DNA of 54,798 nt from Candidatus Dojkabacteria bacterium (GTDB lineage: Bacteria > Patescibacteriota > Dojkabacteria > JAFGLO01): NCBI GenBank assembly GCA_035371485.1, contig DAOOWV010000002.1, forward strand, positions 1 through 54,798. Reading direction: 5' to 3'. Under the pieces are notes generated by a model. The model made no database searches. It had not been told where the DNA came from and was given only the letters and a program-made list of their open reading frames with translations. Shown in pieces: positions 1-8,926 of the stretch (position 1 is its first letter; every line of letters begins with the position of its first letter). Both the position numbers and the translations under genes were made by a program.

Positions 1-2068
1 CATTTTCTTCTCCAGCCCCGCTATCAAAACTGTTTTCTGTCTTTTCAACGTTTAGGTTAATATAGCTTTTAGATGCAAATACACCACTTCCACTGGTCCA
101 CACTGAAACCGACGTACATTTCTCACTATTCCAATAAACATCGGGTTGTTGCCAACTAATATTTCCCGAGATAGACATACTTTTTTGTCCAGAATATGGA
201 CCTACATACAAGGCACCTCCATAAGGTGGACTACTTGTACTCCACGTACAATTTGATGGGCTTCCAGATGGGGCTGTTTTTATCCAACAGTTCCTTGGGC
301 CATCTGCATTAAATTGACAAACTTGTCTATATGTCATATTTCGAGCACACCAATCCCAACAAGCTGGCCAACCTGCTACTCCAAGAGCAACATCGAAAGG
401 AATTGTTCTAACTGTCGCTTCAGCACCACCAGTATTTGAACACCATCTGTTTTCTATTGGAACCAAATAATTATCAGCCCAAGAAAATTCTCCATCTTTA
501 GTAATTAACTCCATTTTGGCATTATAGTTATTATTACTACCATAAACCATTTCAGCCCAAACCGTCAAAAATCCCTTTCCAACATCAATAAGTTTTGGTG
601 CTTCATCATAAGTTGAATATCCAGAATATGATTTTCCATTCTCTCCCCATTGTTTAACTCCGGAAGAATTAATATATTGGATATAAATACTATTTGGTGG
701 ACCATCACTATTGTACCAAGGAATATAAAACCCTCCCTCATCATCAGAAAAAGCCGTTAGTGTATCAAATCTAGGGTAGTCATATAATAAATCCATATTA
801 GTTATAAACATTTCACTAACCTGTAGAACTTCATCTTCGACCCAAAAACACGTACAAACTTCATCTGACATACAATCAGAAGCACTTCCATAAAAGTCAC
901 GTGGACGTTGAAAATCATCACAAGAAGTTGCACCAACACAATCAGGATCATCAGACCACATTAGCGGTTCAGGGTTAAATTTGGTGCCTGGTAAGTTATA
1001 CATAGTACCACTACACACATCGTTATTTTCAAAAAAATCAGGATCATCCCAAAGAGCAACTCCAGTCGATGTAAGTTTTTGAGCAAAGACCTGACCATAA
1101 TGCCATCCGACTCGTTCATCAAACCAATATATCAATATGTTATTTTCGTCATCAGCTATTAATCTCGGATGTAACCAAAGCCAATCAATCGGTAATCTTG
1201 AGACTAGTACACCATTACTATCCCAGACAAAATTTCCTAATATATTTATTTTATATAAAGCTATTTCCGATCCCAGCCACGGAGCTCCAATCCATTCTGG
1301 ATCTTCAATTGAGTCATCATAAGGTCTGTTTAAACCAATTACTAAGTCTCCATTTCCGTCAATCGCACTATTAAAAGATAAAGTTCCCAAATAATTTGAA
1401 CCCTGTTCAATTTCTACACCATTATTCCAAAGCTTATTCCCATTTGAATCTAATAATTGAGCTACTATTTTTTCAGAAACACCCAAACTTACAGTATTAT
1501 CGTTAATAGGGGAGTAAACTGCATAAAAGTAGCCATTTTGAGCTGAAAGAATCGGAAAAACATCATAGCTAGTGTGCACATAATCAATAAAAACTCCATC
1601 TGCTCCCCATCCAAGACTACCATCCGGCATTACCTTTTGAACCATTAATTCATTATCTGGTGAAACATATCCAACATAAAGAGCATCTTCAGGTGCAGAT
1701 AATAATTTAAAAGTGAATGGGTCATAAGATTCTGAGAACACATCAAATATTAATGGGGAAGACCATATTTCAACACCATCAACATCAAATTTATTAACAT
1801 AGAGTTGGTTTCCATCAACTAACCATCCGACATAAAAATTTTCACCATCTGCACCAATTATTCTCGCATTTTGTGTCGTTGAGCCAGTAACATTTGTAAT
1901 CTCTTTTCCTAGTTCACTCCATTCAAGAAGTGGAAAAGATGTACTAGCAGAAACCCCAGTCAAATCTCTTTGAATCCATACCACTCCCAATCCCAATAAA
2001 AGCATTGATACAAAATAAAATGTCGCTTTTAAAGTAGTCTTTTTCAATGTAACTTTTATTAAACTCAT
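1..2068 (-). CDS. Large secreted/surface protein, partial (C-terminus beyond left window edge); function unknown
   Basis: Absent from the ORF track because no stop lies in the window. The ATG at 2068-2066 opens a stop-free minus frame running to position 2. The N-terminus MSLIKVTLKKTTLKATFYFVSMLLLGLGVVW looks like a signal anchor. The body is W/G/D/Y-rich with a Cys-rich block (CVGATSCDDF...CMSDEVCTCFW). Confidence 0.7.
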   Translation of the reverse strand, partial: MSLIKVTLKKTTLKATFYFVSMLLLGLGVVWIQRDLTGVSASTSFPLLEWSELGKEITNVTGSTTQNARIIGADGENFYVGWLVDGNQLYVNKFDVDGVEIWSSPLIFDVFSESYDPFTFKLLSAPEDALYVGYVSPDNELMVQKVMPDGSLGWGADGVFIDYVHTSYDVFPILSAQNGYFYAVYSPINDNTVSLGVSEKIVAQLLDSNGNKLWNNGVEIEQGSNYLGTLSFNSAIDGNGDLVIGLNRPYDDSIEDPEWIGAPWLGSEIALYKINILGNFVWDSNGVLVSRLPIDWLWLHPRLIADDENNILIYWFDERVGWHYGQVFAQKLTSTGVALWDDPDFFENNDVCSGTMYNLPGTKFNPEPLMWSDDPDCVGATSCDDFQRPRDFYGSASDCMSDEVCTCFWVEDEVLQVSEMFITNMDLLYDYPRFDTLTAFSDDEGGFYIPWYNSDGPPNSIYIQYINSSGVKQWGENGKSYSGYSTYDEAPKLIDVGKGFLTVWAEMVYGSNNNYNAKMELITKDGEFSWADNYLVPIENRWCSNTGGAEATVRTIPFDVALGVAGWPACWDWCARNMTYRQVCQFNADGPRNCWIKTAPSGSPSNCTWSTSSPPYGGALYVGPYSGQKSMSISGNISWQQPDVYWNSEKCTSVSVWTSGSGVFASKSYINLNVEKTENSFDSGAGEEN

Positions 2069-2165
2069 CAATATAGATTACCAAATTATTAATTTAAAAT
2101 GATAGCATATAGAAAAAAAAGTACAACCTTTGTAATATCTTCCTATTTTATAGTAATATATTTTT

Positions 2166-2705
2166 ATGAACATTAACATTCCAATAAAAATTTGCAGGAA
2201 AAAAGTTAAGAATCTTTCACTAAAAATAGATCCTATGGGAAATGTTACAGTTACAGCACCTTTTTTTTTATCTCTTAGTGAAATTAACAATTGGATACAA
2301 CCGAAAAAAAAATGGATCTTTAAAAATATAAATAGACTTAATGGCATAGATCAGAACAATATTGAAATTAGCAATTTCACACGAAACGAAGCTAAAGCAA
2401 AGATAATAGAATACGTCAAAGAATCATCAATAATCACACAAACGACTATTAATAAAATCTATATCTCTTCAGCAAAAACAAGATGGGGAACCTGCAGTAG
2501 TAAAGGAAATGTTCGAATAAATTGGAAACTAATTAATGCTCCAGATGAAATACTACAATATGTCATATTTCATGAATTATGCCACCTAAAACATCCAAAT
2601 CATTCTAGACAGTTCTGGGCCGAAGTATCCAAATACGATCCACAATATAAAATACATCGTAAATGGCTAAAAGAAAATGGACATAAGTTACAGAAGGCAG
2701 GTTAA
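2166..2705 (+). CDS. YgjP-like (DUF45/M48-type) metal-dependent hydrolase
   Basis: C-terminal HExxH context FHELCHLKHPNHSRQFW followed by YKIHRKWLK, which is typical of the YgjP/DUF45 family. Confidence 0.75.
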   Translation: MNINIPIKICRKKVKNLSLKIDPMGNVTVTAPFFLSLSEINNWIQPKKKWIFKNINRLNGIDQNNIEISNFTRNEAKAKIIEYVKESSIITQTTINKIYISSAKTRWGTCSSKGNVRINWKLINAPDEILQYVIFHELCHLKHPNHSRQFWAEVSKYDPQYKIHRKWLKENGHKLQKAG

Positions 2706-2745
2706 GTTAAGTGATAAGTAATAAGTAATAAGTGATAAGTACCCT
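2701..2745. repeat. Degenerate heptamer array GTRATAA (x4-5) straddling the stop codon
   Basis: gttaa gttaa, then gtgataa gtaataa gtaataa gtgataa gtaccct at 2711-2745. It has stops in all three plus frames. Confidence 0.8.
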
Positions 2746-2879
2746 AAACCCCAAAATCATATATTCTGTATCATTTAAAACAATCCCAACCTTTTTCTAT
2801 TATAGGTTGTAAAAATTCAATAACATATATAGCGTTCTTTGTGTTAAAATACTCTCAACTGTTATTAATTATTAGTAGT

Positions 2880-3046
2880 GCGCTTGTAGTCCCGACAGAC
2901 CACAACGGTAGTTGTAATGGTCTAGTCGAGGATCCTCACACCATATGATTAATAAGGAAAGTGGTGTGGGACTCAATTGGATACGCATCCGCCTCTGGCG
3001 GAGAGCAGACCTTTCTAACGATAGGACTGCTGAATATTGAAAAGAT
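2880..3046 (+). other. tRNA-Arg-like 5' portion (acceptor 5' strand, D arm, UCU-like anticodon context) interrupted by structured inserts
   Basis: Three blocks match the intact tRNA. GCGCTTGTAG (2880-2889), CTCAATTGGATA (2972-2983) and GAGCAG (3003-3008) are identical to 3047-3056, 3057-3068 and 3069-3074. They are separated by an 82-nt self-complementary insert and the hairpin TCCGCC-TCT-GGCGGA. A stem GCAGACC/GGACTGC follows, with a loop that begins TTTCTAA. Confidence 0.5.
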
Positions 3047-3120
3047 GCGCTTGTAGCTCAATTGGATAGAGCAGTCCCGTCCTAAGGGAAAGGTTGGAGG
3101 TTCGATTCCTCCCAAGCGTA
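3047..3120 (+). tRNA. tRNA-Arg (anticodon CCT)
   Basis: Cloverleaf folded by hand. Acceptor GCGCTTG/CAAGCGT (G1.U72). D arm GCTC-AATTGGATA-GAGC. Anticodon arm GTCCC-GTCCTAA-GGGAA. T arm GGAGG-TTCGATT-CCTCC. Discriminator A, and no encoded CCA. Confidence 0.85.
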
Positions 3121-3219
3121 ATGCAGATGTGGAATCGTCTTTCGTGGGAGGTTACCGCCAAAGGCGGATTAGACACTTGAGTTTTGTAAGAGTCTAGCGA
3201 TTCCTCCCAAGGCGTAAAG
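3121..3219 (+). other. tRNA-Arg-like 3' portion (T arm plus acceptor 3' strand) with a 44-nt insert in the T loop
   Basis: GGGAGG-TT (3146-3153), then insert 3154-3197 (hairpins CCGCC-AAA-GGCGG and TAGACACTT/AAGAGTCTA), then CGATTCCTCCCAAG (3198-3211, identical to 3103-3116), then GCGTA. Confidence 0.5.
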
Positions 3220-3254
3220 AAAAAACTGTTTCATATAATTTATTAATCAATAAA

Positions 3255-3656
3255 ATGAAGGATTGGAAAGAAAATTTTAATAAAACCAACCAAAAAGGAA
3301 GTGTTCTAAAAGATACCCCCAGGGGTAAAATGTATATCAGCACTCCAGATGAAATTATGTCTGTAATAAAAGAAATTCCCAAGGGGAAGATTATCAGCAC
3401 AAAAGATATAGCACAACAACTGGCCAAAAAGCATAAAGCCGATTACACATGTGGATTAACAATAGGTATTTTTGTTGCGATTATCGCAAATTATGTCGAA
3501 CAGGAAAAAATAAAAGATGTTCCATATTGGAGAGTAGTCAAAGGCAAAGGAGTTTTGTATGAAAGTTACCTCAGAGAGCCATCAAAACAAGAACAGTATC
3601 TTAAATTAGAAGGACATAAAATAGAAAAGGGGAAGATCGTAAATGCTAGATTATAA
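3255..3656 (+). CDS. MGMT-family / alkyltransferase-like DNA-binding protein (no active-site Cys)
   Basis: IPKGKIISTKDIAQQL...VPYWRVVKGKG resembles the MGMT DNA-binding domain, but the PCHR cysteine is replaced (PYWR). Confidence 0.55.
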   Translation: MKDWKENFNKTNQKGSVLKDTPRGKMYISTPDEIMSVIKEIPKGKIISTKDIAQQLAKKHKADYTCGLTIGIFVAIIANYVEQEKIKDVPYWRVVKGKGVLYESYLREPSKQEQYLKLEGHKIEKGKIVNARL

Positions 3657-3660
3657 AAAT

Positions 3661-3737
3661 TGAGAATTTTAGATTTTGAATTCTGAATTATCGAAAAGTA
3701 AGATAATTTAAAATCTAAAATTCATAATTTATAATTT
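3661..3737. repeat. Heptamer arrays (tNtGAAT type and ATAATTT type) containing a perfect 14-bp inverted repeat
   Basis: Units are tgagaat tttagat tttgaat tctgaat ... ataattt aaaatct aaaattc ataattt ataattt. gaattttagatttt (3664-3677) is the exact reverse complement of aaaatctaaaattc (3710-3723). Confidence 0.8.
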
Positions 3738-3818
3738 CTTAGGGTTACTTTTTTTTCATAAATCACGTATACTTTATTTATAGGTCTTGGTTTTCTTATT
3801 TATTTTTTATTTAATAAT

Positions 3819-4589
3819 ATGGAAAATAAAGCTAAATTCACTACAATTGCTCTTGCAATCCTCCTTATATTATTTATAGGCTACTCAGCATACGCTACTT
3901 ACACAATTATCGACCTTAGGAACGATTTAAAGAACATTGAAAATACAGCTAACACAAAAGATGATAATCAAATCGAAAGCGAAAGTACATCCAATTCAAA
4001 CACAAGTGAAAAAACGCTAAAAGAGTATATTCATCCCTTATATCCAGAGGTTAAAATTAAATATGATAACAGTTGGAAACTAGAAATAAAAGAAGAGGAA
4101 TTTACTATGTCTGTATTTTCTTCAGAATTTGATTCTATTGGAACGAAAACTTCAGTTAAAAATGTATTGATAGAATTAGAAAAAGACTCTACTAAAATCA
4201 AGTTTCACATGTCTCCCTCAATGATGTATGGTAGCGAATGTTCAGGATTCTTTTATACTAAGGAGGAGAAATCAATCAATCAATTAGAAAATGGATGGTT
4301 TAGAATTGAATCAGACACAGGATATGATTACATCAGAAATGCAGTATTTCATGGAACAGAAGATTACGAAACATTTGCTGAATGTGCACTATGGCAAAAT
4401 CAAAACGCTGACGATTATGATTTTGGTATATACGATGATGCAGGTACAGTCGTAACAGAATATAATCACGAGGGATTACTTGGTTTACTCTATATTACAA
4501 TTGAAGTTAATTCTGACAATGATTCTGAGTTATTAAAAGAAGCTGATGAAATAGTAACTCAATCTTCATATGGCTTTTACATTAAGTAA
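3819..4589 (+). CDS. Membrane-anchored hypothetical protein
   Basis: Long ORF with one N-terminal TM helix (FTTIALAILLILFIGYSAYATYTII) and an acidic extracytoplasmic body. No family recognised. Confidence 0.6.
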   Translation: MENKAKFTTIALAILLILFIGYSAYATYTIIDLRNDLKNIENTANTKDDNQIESESTSNSNTSEKTLKEYIHPLYPEVKIKYDNSWKLEIKEEEFTMSVFSSEFDSIGTKTSVKNVLIELEKDSTKIKFHMSPSMMYGSECSGFFYTKEEKSINQLENGWFRIESDTGYDYIRNAVFHGTEDYETFAECALWQNQNADDYDFGIYDDAGTVVTEYNHEGLLGLLYITIEVNSDNDSELLKEADEIVTQSSYGFYIK

Positions 4590-4641
4590 AATTGTAATAT
4601 ATAATTTTCTTTGTTCTTTATTAATTATTATTTAAATAAAA

Positions 4642-5163
4642 ATGGAAAACAAATCAGAAGCACTAAAAAAACTGCTTAAGGTCGGGGTTGAAATTGCCAG
4701 CTTGGCTTTTGTTGCCTTTGGTGCTTTTTCTGATAAGGTTAGAAGGGAGATTTTCGAAAGGGATAAGGGAACTTGCCAACGCTGTGGGAGGAGGTTTAAA
4801 GATGGTTGGATGTTGCAATGTTCGCATTTTGATCATGAAAGAAATGAAGGATATGACGATCCGGAGAATGGACAACTGGAATGCATAAGGTGTCATATGG
4901 CTAATCATTTATCGCAGATGGGCAGTTGGGGAGATGAACATTATAGAGCGGTTGTATTATTAGCTGGTCTTGTAATGAGGGAGGGATATCATACGTGGAA
5001 ATGGTACTTGGAAAATCCAGCCCGCGCCGAAGTGCAAAAGCAAGAGGATATTTCAGATATGTTTGAATTATTTGGTAGAAATGGTTATAATGCTTGGGAT
5101 TTTATAGATAATGATAATGAACAAAGTTATGTCAACAGAAGATTGGTACTTAAAAAGTATTGA
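4642..5163 (+). CDS. HNH nuclease-domain protein with N-terminal hydrophobic helix
   Basis: CQRCGRRF...CSHFDHERNEGYDDPENGQLECIRCHMANH matches the HNH/zinc-finger motif pattern. Confidence 0.6.
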   Translation: MENKSEALKKLLKVGVEIASLAFVAFGAFSDKVRREIFERDKGTCQRCGRRFKDGWMLQCSHFDHERNEGYDDPENGQLECIRCHMANHLSQMGSWGDEHYRAVVLLAGLVMREGYHTWKWYLENPARAEVQKQEDISDMFELFGRNGYNAWDFIDNDNEQSYVNRRLVLKKY

Positions 5164-5945
5164 AACAGACGTGGAATATCTAAACCCAGAATTATATCAA
5201 GATATGCTCAAAACCACCGATGTTACCGTTGCAATTCATAATGCAACTGAGATTACCTTCACAATGGCAACACAGATATTTTGTTGCAAAAAATTTACAG
5301 AAACATTTGGGGACCATGGGGGAGTGATCCCGAATGTTTTAATGATAATGAAATCAATATTGTTTTAAATCCTACAAATACAAGTTATGGTATAGCTAGA
5401 GTTTCTTTCCCAGACTTAATAAATAAGGATTTAACAAATCCTCTGTTTCTGAAGAACACATTTTCTACTATATTATTGATGGAAATAAAACGTATTGTAC
5501 CGATCTAGGATTTGATTATCATTTTGGACCCACAGGAGTAAATGAATACATTAAAAATAAATACGAAGTAATAATAAATGGTGTAAATGACGAAGATAGA
5601 ATCAAAGAAGCAGATGAATTCTTCAAGCAATATTTTGAACTAAATATTGAAAGCACTAATGACAATAATGGTGATACAAATAATTCCCTATTTTATTCAT
5701 ACGAAGGAGAACGAAATGACCTCGGAGATAACACAACTTGGTTAGTATTTAAATACACAAAAGATTCAACTGCATTGGAAAACCTACTTGACAAAAATAG
5801 ACAAACTGAATTTCCCGCATTAGCAAATTTGCAAATTGGCGACAAGTTCATAATAAAATACGATAATATTAACTGCTTAGCCGGAGCAGGAACAGGCTAT
5901 TGTAGGCTATTAACCGAAAATCTTACATTCCCAAAAGTAGAGTAG
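5129..5945 (+). pseudogene. Frameshifted gene of unknown function (three consecutive reading frames)
   Basis: Coding-like sequence continues from frame 2 (5129-5368) into frame 1 (to 5508). It then moves into frame 0 (about 5427-5945, no canonical start). The first junction lies at an A6 run near 5285. Confidence 0.5.
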
Positions 5946-6054
5946 TCATATTTTTCACAACATGCTAAAATCCTCTACAAGTTATGCAAGTTAAAAGTTA
6001 ACAAGCGAACTAGTGAGCAAATGTTGAATTCATGATTATTACTTCTATAAGTTC

Positions 6055-6103
6055 ATATTACTTGTTACTTATTACTTGTTACTTATTACTTATTACTTAG
6101 TTA
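6055..6103. repeat. Heptamer array TTRTTAC x6 directly upstream of thyA
   Basis: atattac ttgttac ttattac ttgttac ttattac ttattac ttagtta. The track ORF start at 6076 (TTG) lies inside this array. Confidence 0.8.
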
Positions 6104-6105
6104 AT

Positions 6106-6918
6106 ATGCAACAATACCTTGATCTTATCAAACATGTTTTGGAAAATGGACGCACTAAAGCTAATCGCTCTGGTTTCTGGGTAAGAAGTGAATTTGGTCA
6201 TATGTCACGTTATGATCTTACAGAAGGATTTCCGCTTGTAACTACTAAAAGAATGCCACAAAAAGTATGGATTCATGAATTACTTTGGTGGATTTCAGGT
6301 GATTGTACAAATACAAAAACATTAAAAGATAGGCTCCCAAAAGATAAAATTAAGATATGGGATATTTTTGCTGATGATGAAGGAAATATTGGTCCACTTT
6401 ACGGCTTCCAATGGCGTAATTGGCCTGGATATGATGGTAAACCAATAGATCAACTTCAAAATGTTATTAATCTTCTTAATGATGATCCTAACTCAAGAGC
6501 AATGATTGTAAGTGCATGGAATGCTGGACAATTAAAAGAAATGCGACTTCCACCATGTCACACCTTTTTTCAATTTTACGCTAGAAAAGACGAACTGAGC
6601 ATGATGATGTATCAACGATCAGGAGATATATTAATAGGAGTACCCTTTAATATTGCTCAATATTCACTTTTACTTATGATGGTAGCACAAGTTACTGGAT
6701 ATAAGGCAAAGGAGTTTATACATGTAATAGGGGATGCTCATATTTATAAAAACTATAAAGAACAAGCATTGGAGCAAATTGGAAGAAAGCCATATCCACT
6801 CCCTAAAATGATATTAAATCCTAAGGTAAAAAATATAGATGATTTCAAAATTGATGATTTCAAAATTGAAAATTACCAGCATCATCCTCCAATTAACATG
6901 AATGTGAATTTAGTATAA
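6106..6918 (+). CDS. thyA: Thymidylate synthase
   Basis: Colinear with classical ThyA from MQQYLDLIKHVLENG through FPLVTTKR, HELLWW, PPCHTFFQFY, YQRSGD and PFNIAQYS. The start is taken at ATG 6106 rather than the track TTG at 6076. Confidence 0.95.
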   Translation: MQQYLDLIKHVLENGRTKANRSGFWVRSEFGHMSRYDLTEGFPLVTTKRMPQKVWIHELLWWISGDCTNTKTLKDRLPKDKIKIWDIFADDEGNIGPLYGFQWRNWPGYDGKPIDQLQNVINLLNDDPNSRAMIVSAWNAGQLKEMRLPPCHTFFQFYARKDELSMMMYQRSGDILIGVPFNIAQYSLLLMMVAQVTGYKAKEFIHVIGDAHIYKNYKEQALEQIGRKPYPLPKMILNPKVKNIDDFKIDDFKIENYQHHPPINMNVNLV

Positions 6919-6934
6919 CTAACTTAGTATAGCC

Positions 6935-7456
6935 ATGATAGAACTAATAGTTTCAATTTCAGAAAACAATGCTATTGGGAAGAAGAATAATCTCCCATGG
7001 AAACTAAAATCCGATCTTTCCCATTTTACCCAAATATCCAAAGGAAGATTACTTGTTATGGGAAAAAATAATTATTTATCCATGAAGGCAATTTATGACA
7101 AAAAGTATCCCAGTCAAAATAGATTTATGGGACTAAATAGAACTGCACTGGTATTAAGTGATACACCTATTGAAAACCCTCCCAAAAACGTTCAGATAGT
7201 AAATTCATTTGATAAAGCACTAATAATTGCCCAAAAAAGAAATGGACTCATTATCGGAGGAGGAATGATATACAAGCTTTTTTTGCAGTTTGTTGATAAA
7301 ATGTATATAACAAAAGTACATACCACAGTAAAGGATGCTGATGTATTTTTCCCAGAGATCAATGAAGCAGAGTGGGAAATCAAAAAGATATCCGAACAGA
7401 AGAAGGATAAAAACAACGAATACGGATTTTCAATCCTTGAGTATACTAGAATTTAA
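6935..7456 (+). CDS. folA: Dihydrofolate reductase
   Basis: The N-terminus IVSISENNAIGKKNNLPWKLKSDLSHF and IIGGGMIY match DHFR motifs. The gene sits immediately downstream of thyA. Confidence 0.85.
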   Translation: MIELIVSISENNAIGKKNNLPWKLKSDLSHFTQISKGRLLVMGKNNYLSMKAIYDKKYPSQNRFMGLNRTALVLSDTPIENPPKNVQIVNSFDKALIIAQKRNGLIIGGGMIYKLFLQFVDKMYITKVHTTVKDADVFFPEINEAEWEIKKISEQKKDKNNEYGFSILEYTRI

Positions 7457-7561
7457 ATAATAGGTGATACATGAGATATGTTGGGATTTTTAAATTTTGA
7501 ACTCAAAATCTTTCTCATATATCACTTATCAAGTATCATTTAATTTAAATTTAAATAAACG

Positions 7562-7726
7562 ATGGCAAATGATGATTTAGTCAAAAATCTCAAAAAAATG
7601 GAAGAATCTGGATATTTCAAGGAAGATATGAAAATTGATCCAGGAAGTTTTTCACTTGACGGATTAATAGATGATGATGAAGAATCTAAAAAGAAAGGAA
7701 AACCTAATAAGAATTGTAATAAATAG
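7562..7726 (+). CDS. Small acidic hypothetical protein (54 aa)
   Basis: ATG-to-TAG ORF MANDDLVKNLKKMEESGYFKEDMKIDPGSFSLDGLIDDDEESKKKGKPNKNCNK fills the gap before the GT gene. It is below the track length cutoff. Confidence 0.35.
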   Translation: MANDDLVKNLKKMEESGYFKEDMKIDPGSFSLDGLIDDDEESKKKGKPNKNCNK

Positions 7727-7732
7727 CACTTC

Positions 7733-8854
7733 ATGAAAGTTGGTATTTTAATACCGCACCTTTTTGCCCAAGATGCACTCAAAGACAAAGTAATTTTTGC
7801 ACCTCTTACACTTGCAGAAAAGCTAACTAATAGCCTAGTAGATAGAGGACACGAAGTAACTGTTTTCACACCAGGAAGATTAACAACTAAAGCTCAAAAT
7901 GTTAATGTTGATCTGTCATTAATAGAAGAGGAAATAAGATTAGCTGAATGTACTTTACCTCAATTTATCGTCCAAAACCCTGTTGCATTTATTACAATGT
8001 CACGACAAGTTCACACAGAGTTAACAGTAAAAGCACTTCAGTTCTTGAAAGAAGGTAAAATTGACTTACTTCATGTATACATGTGTGAAGATGAAAACCC
8101 GCTATATTTCTCACAACTAATTGATAAACCCGTAATTTTTACACATCACGATCCGTTTAACTACTATCGTAAATATAGAGTACGTTTTCCCCAATTAAAA
8201 AGCTTAAATTACGTTTCAATCTCTTATGCACAAAGGAAAACGGCTCCAGAAGGACTAAATTTTTGTGAAAACATATATAATGGTGTTGACGAACAAGAAT
8301 ATGCTTTTAGCGAAAAAACGGATGATTATTTCGCATCTTTAGGGCGAATAGTTCAAAACAAAGGAGTACATATTGCAATCGATTGTTGTGAAAAATTGGG
8401 ATATAAGTTAAAAATAGCAGGAAAACACTATTCAAACTCAGACGATAAAGATGGGGGATACTGGGAAAAATATATTGAACCACATATTGACAACAAATTA
8501 ATTAAATATGAAGGTTTTCTTAAACCGCCTTATGAAACCAATAAATTTCTAAAAAAGACGAAAGCATTGTTATTTCCCATTGAATGGGATGAACCATTTG
8601 GATTGGTAATGGTTGAATCATTAATGTCTGGAACTCCGGTTATAGCTTTTGACAATGGATCAGTAAGAGAAATTATTGAACATGAAAAAAATGGATTCAT
8701 TGTGAAAACAAAGGAAGAAATGATAAAAGCCATGCAAAAGATTAACTCAATAGATAGAAAATATTGTAGACAATCGGTAATCCCCAGGTTTACAATCAAA
8801 ACTATGGTTGAAAAATATGAGAAACTCTACAAACAAATGGTAAATTATACGTGA
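7733..8854 (+). CDS. Glycosyltransferase, GT4/GT1 family
   Basis: C-terminal EWDEPFGLVMVESLMSGTPVIAFDNGSVREIIEHEKNGFIV is the retaining GT-B (EX7E) signature. Confidence 0.85.
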   Translation: MKVGILIPHLFAQDALKDKVIFAPLTLAEKLTNSLVDRGHEVTVFTPGRLTTKAQNVNVDLSLIEEEIRLAECTLPQFIVQNPVAFITMSRQVHTELTVKALQFLKEGKIDLLHVYMCEDENPLYFSQLIDKPVIFTHHDPFNYYRKYRVRFPQLKSLNYVSISYAQRKTAPEGLNFCENIYNGVDEQEYAFSEKTDDYFASLGRIVQNKGVHIAIDCCEKLGYKLKIAGKHYSNSDDKDGGYWEKYIEPHIDNKLIKYEGFLKPPYETNKFLKKTKALLFPIEWDEPFGLVMVESLMSGTPVIAFDNGSVREIIEHEKNGFIVKTKEEMIKAMQKINSIDRKYCRQSVIPRFTIKTMVEKYEKLYKQMVNYT

Positions 8855-8898
8855 TAAATGAGAAATATTAAAAATAATAAGTTAAATTTATTCAAATA

Positions 8899-8926
8899 CT
8901 TATCATATATCATCTATCATTTAGCA
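8899..8926. repeat. Heptamer array NTATCAN x3-4 across a stop codon
   Basis: cttatca tatatca tctatca tttagca. Confidence 0.6.

Noticed and set aside
2955-2970. GGAAAGTGG inside the tRNA-Arg insert, considered as an RNase P P4-like motif.
   Set aside because: The match is too short and lacks the flanking conserved nucleotides and helices.
4642-5163. The HNH protein as part of a homing-endonuclease or intron insertion, or a restriction system.
   Set aside because: There is no intron-like RNA structure, no split host gene and no methyltransferase nearby. Only the HNH motif itself is supported.
6076-6105. N-terminal extensions proposed by the ORF track for thyA (TTG 6076), ychF (TTG 46133) and miaB (20719).
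   Set aside because: The extensions translate heptamer-repeat or upstream-gene sequence. Canonical family N-termini begin at ATG 6106, 46199 and 20749.
6838-6870. Tandem 15-nt repeat gatgatttcaaaatt x2 (IDDFKIDDFK) near the thyA 3' end, considered as a recent duplication.
   Set aside because: The C-terminal segment has the same length as in classical ThyA (FDYRFEDFEIEGY region). It is therefore ancestral periodicity, not an insertion.
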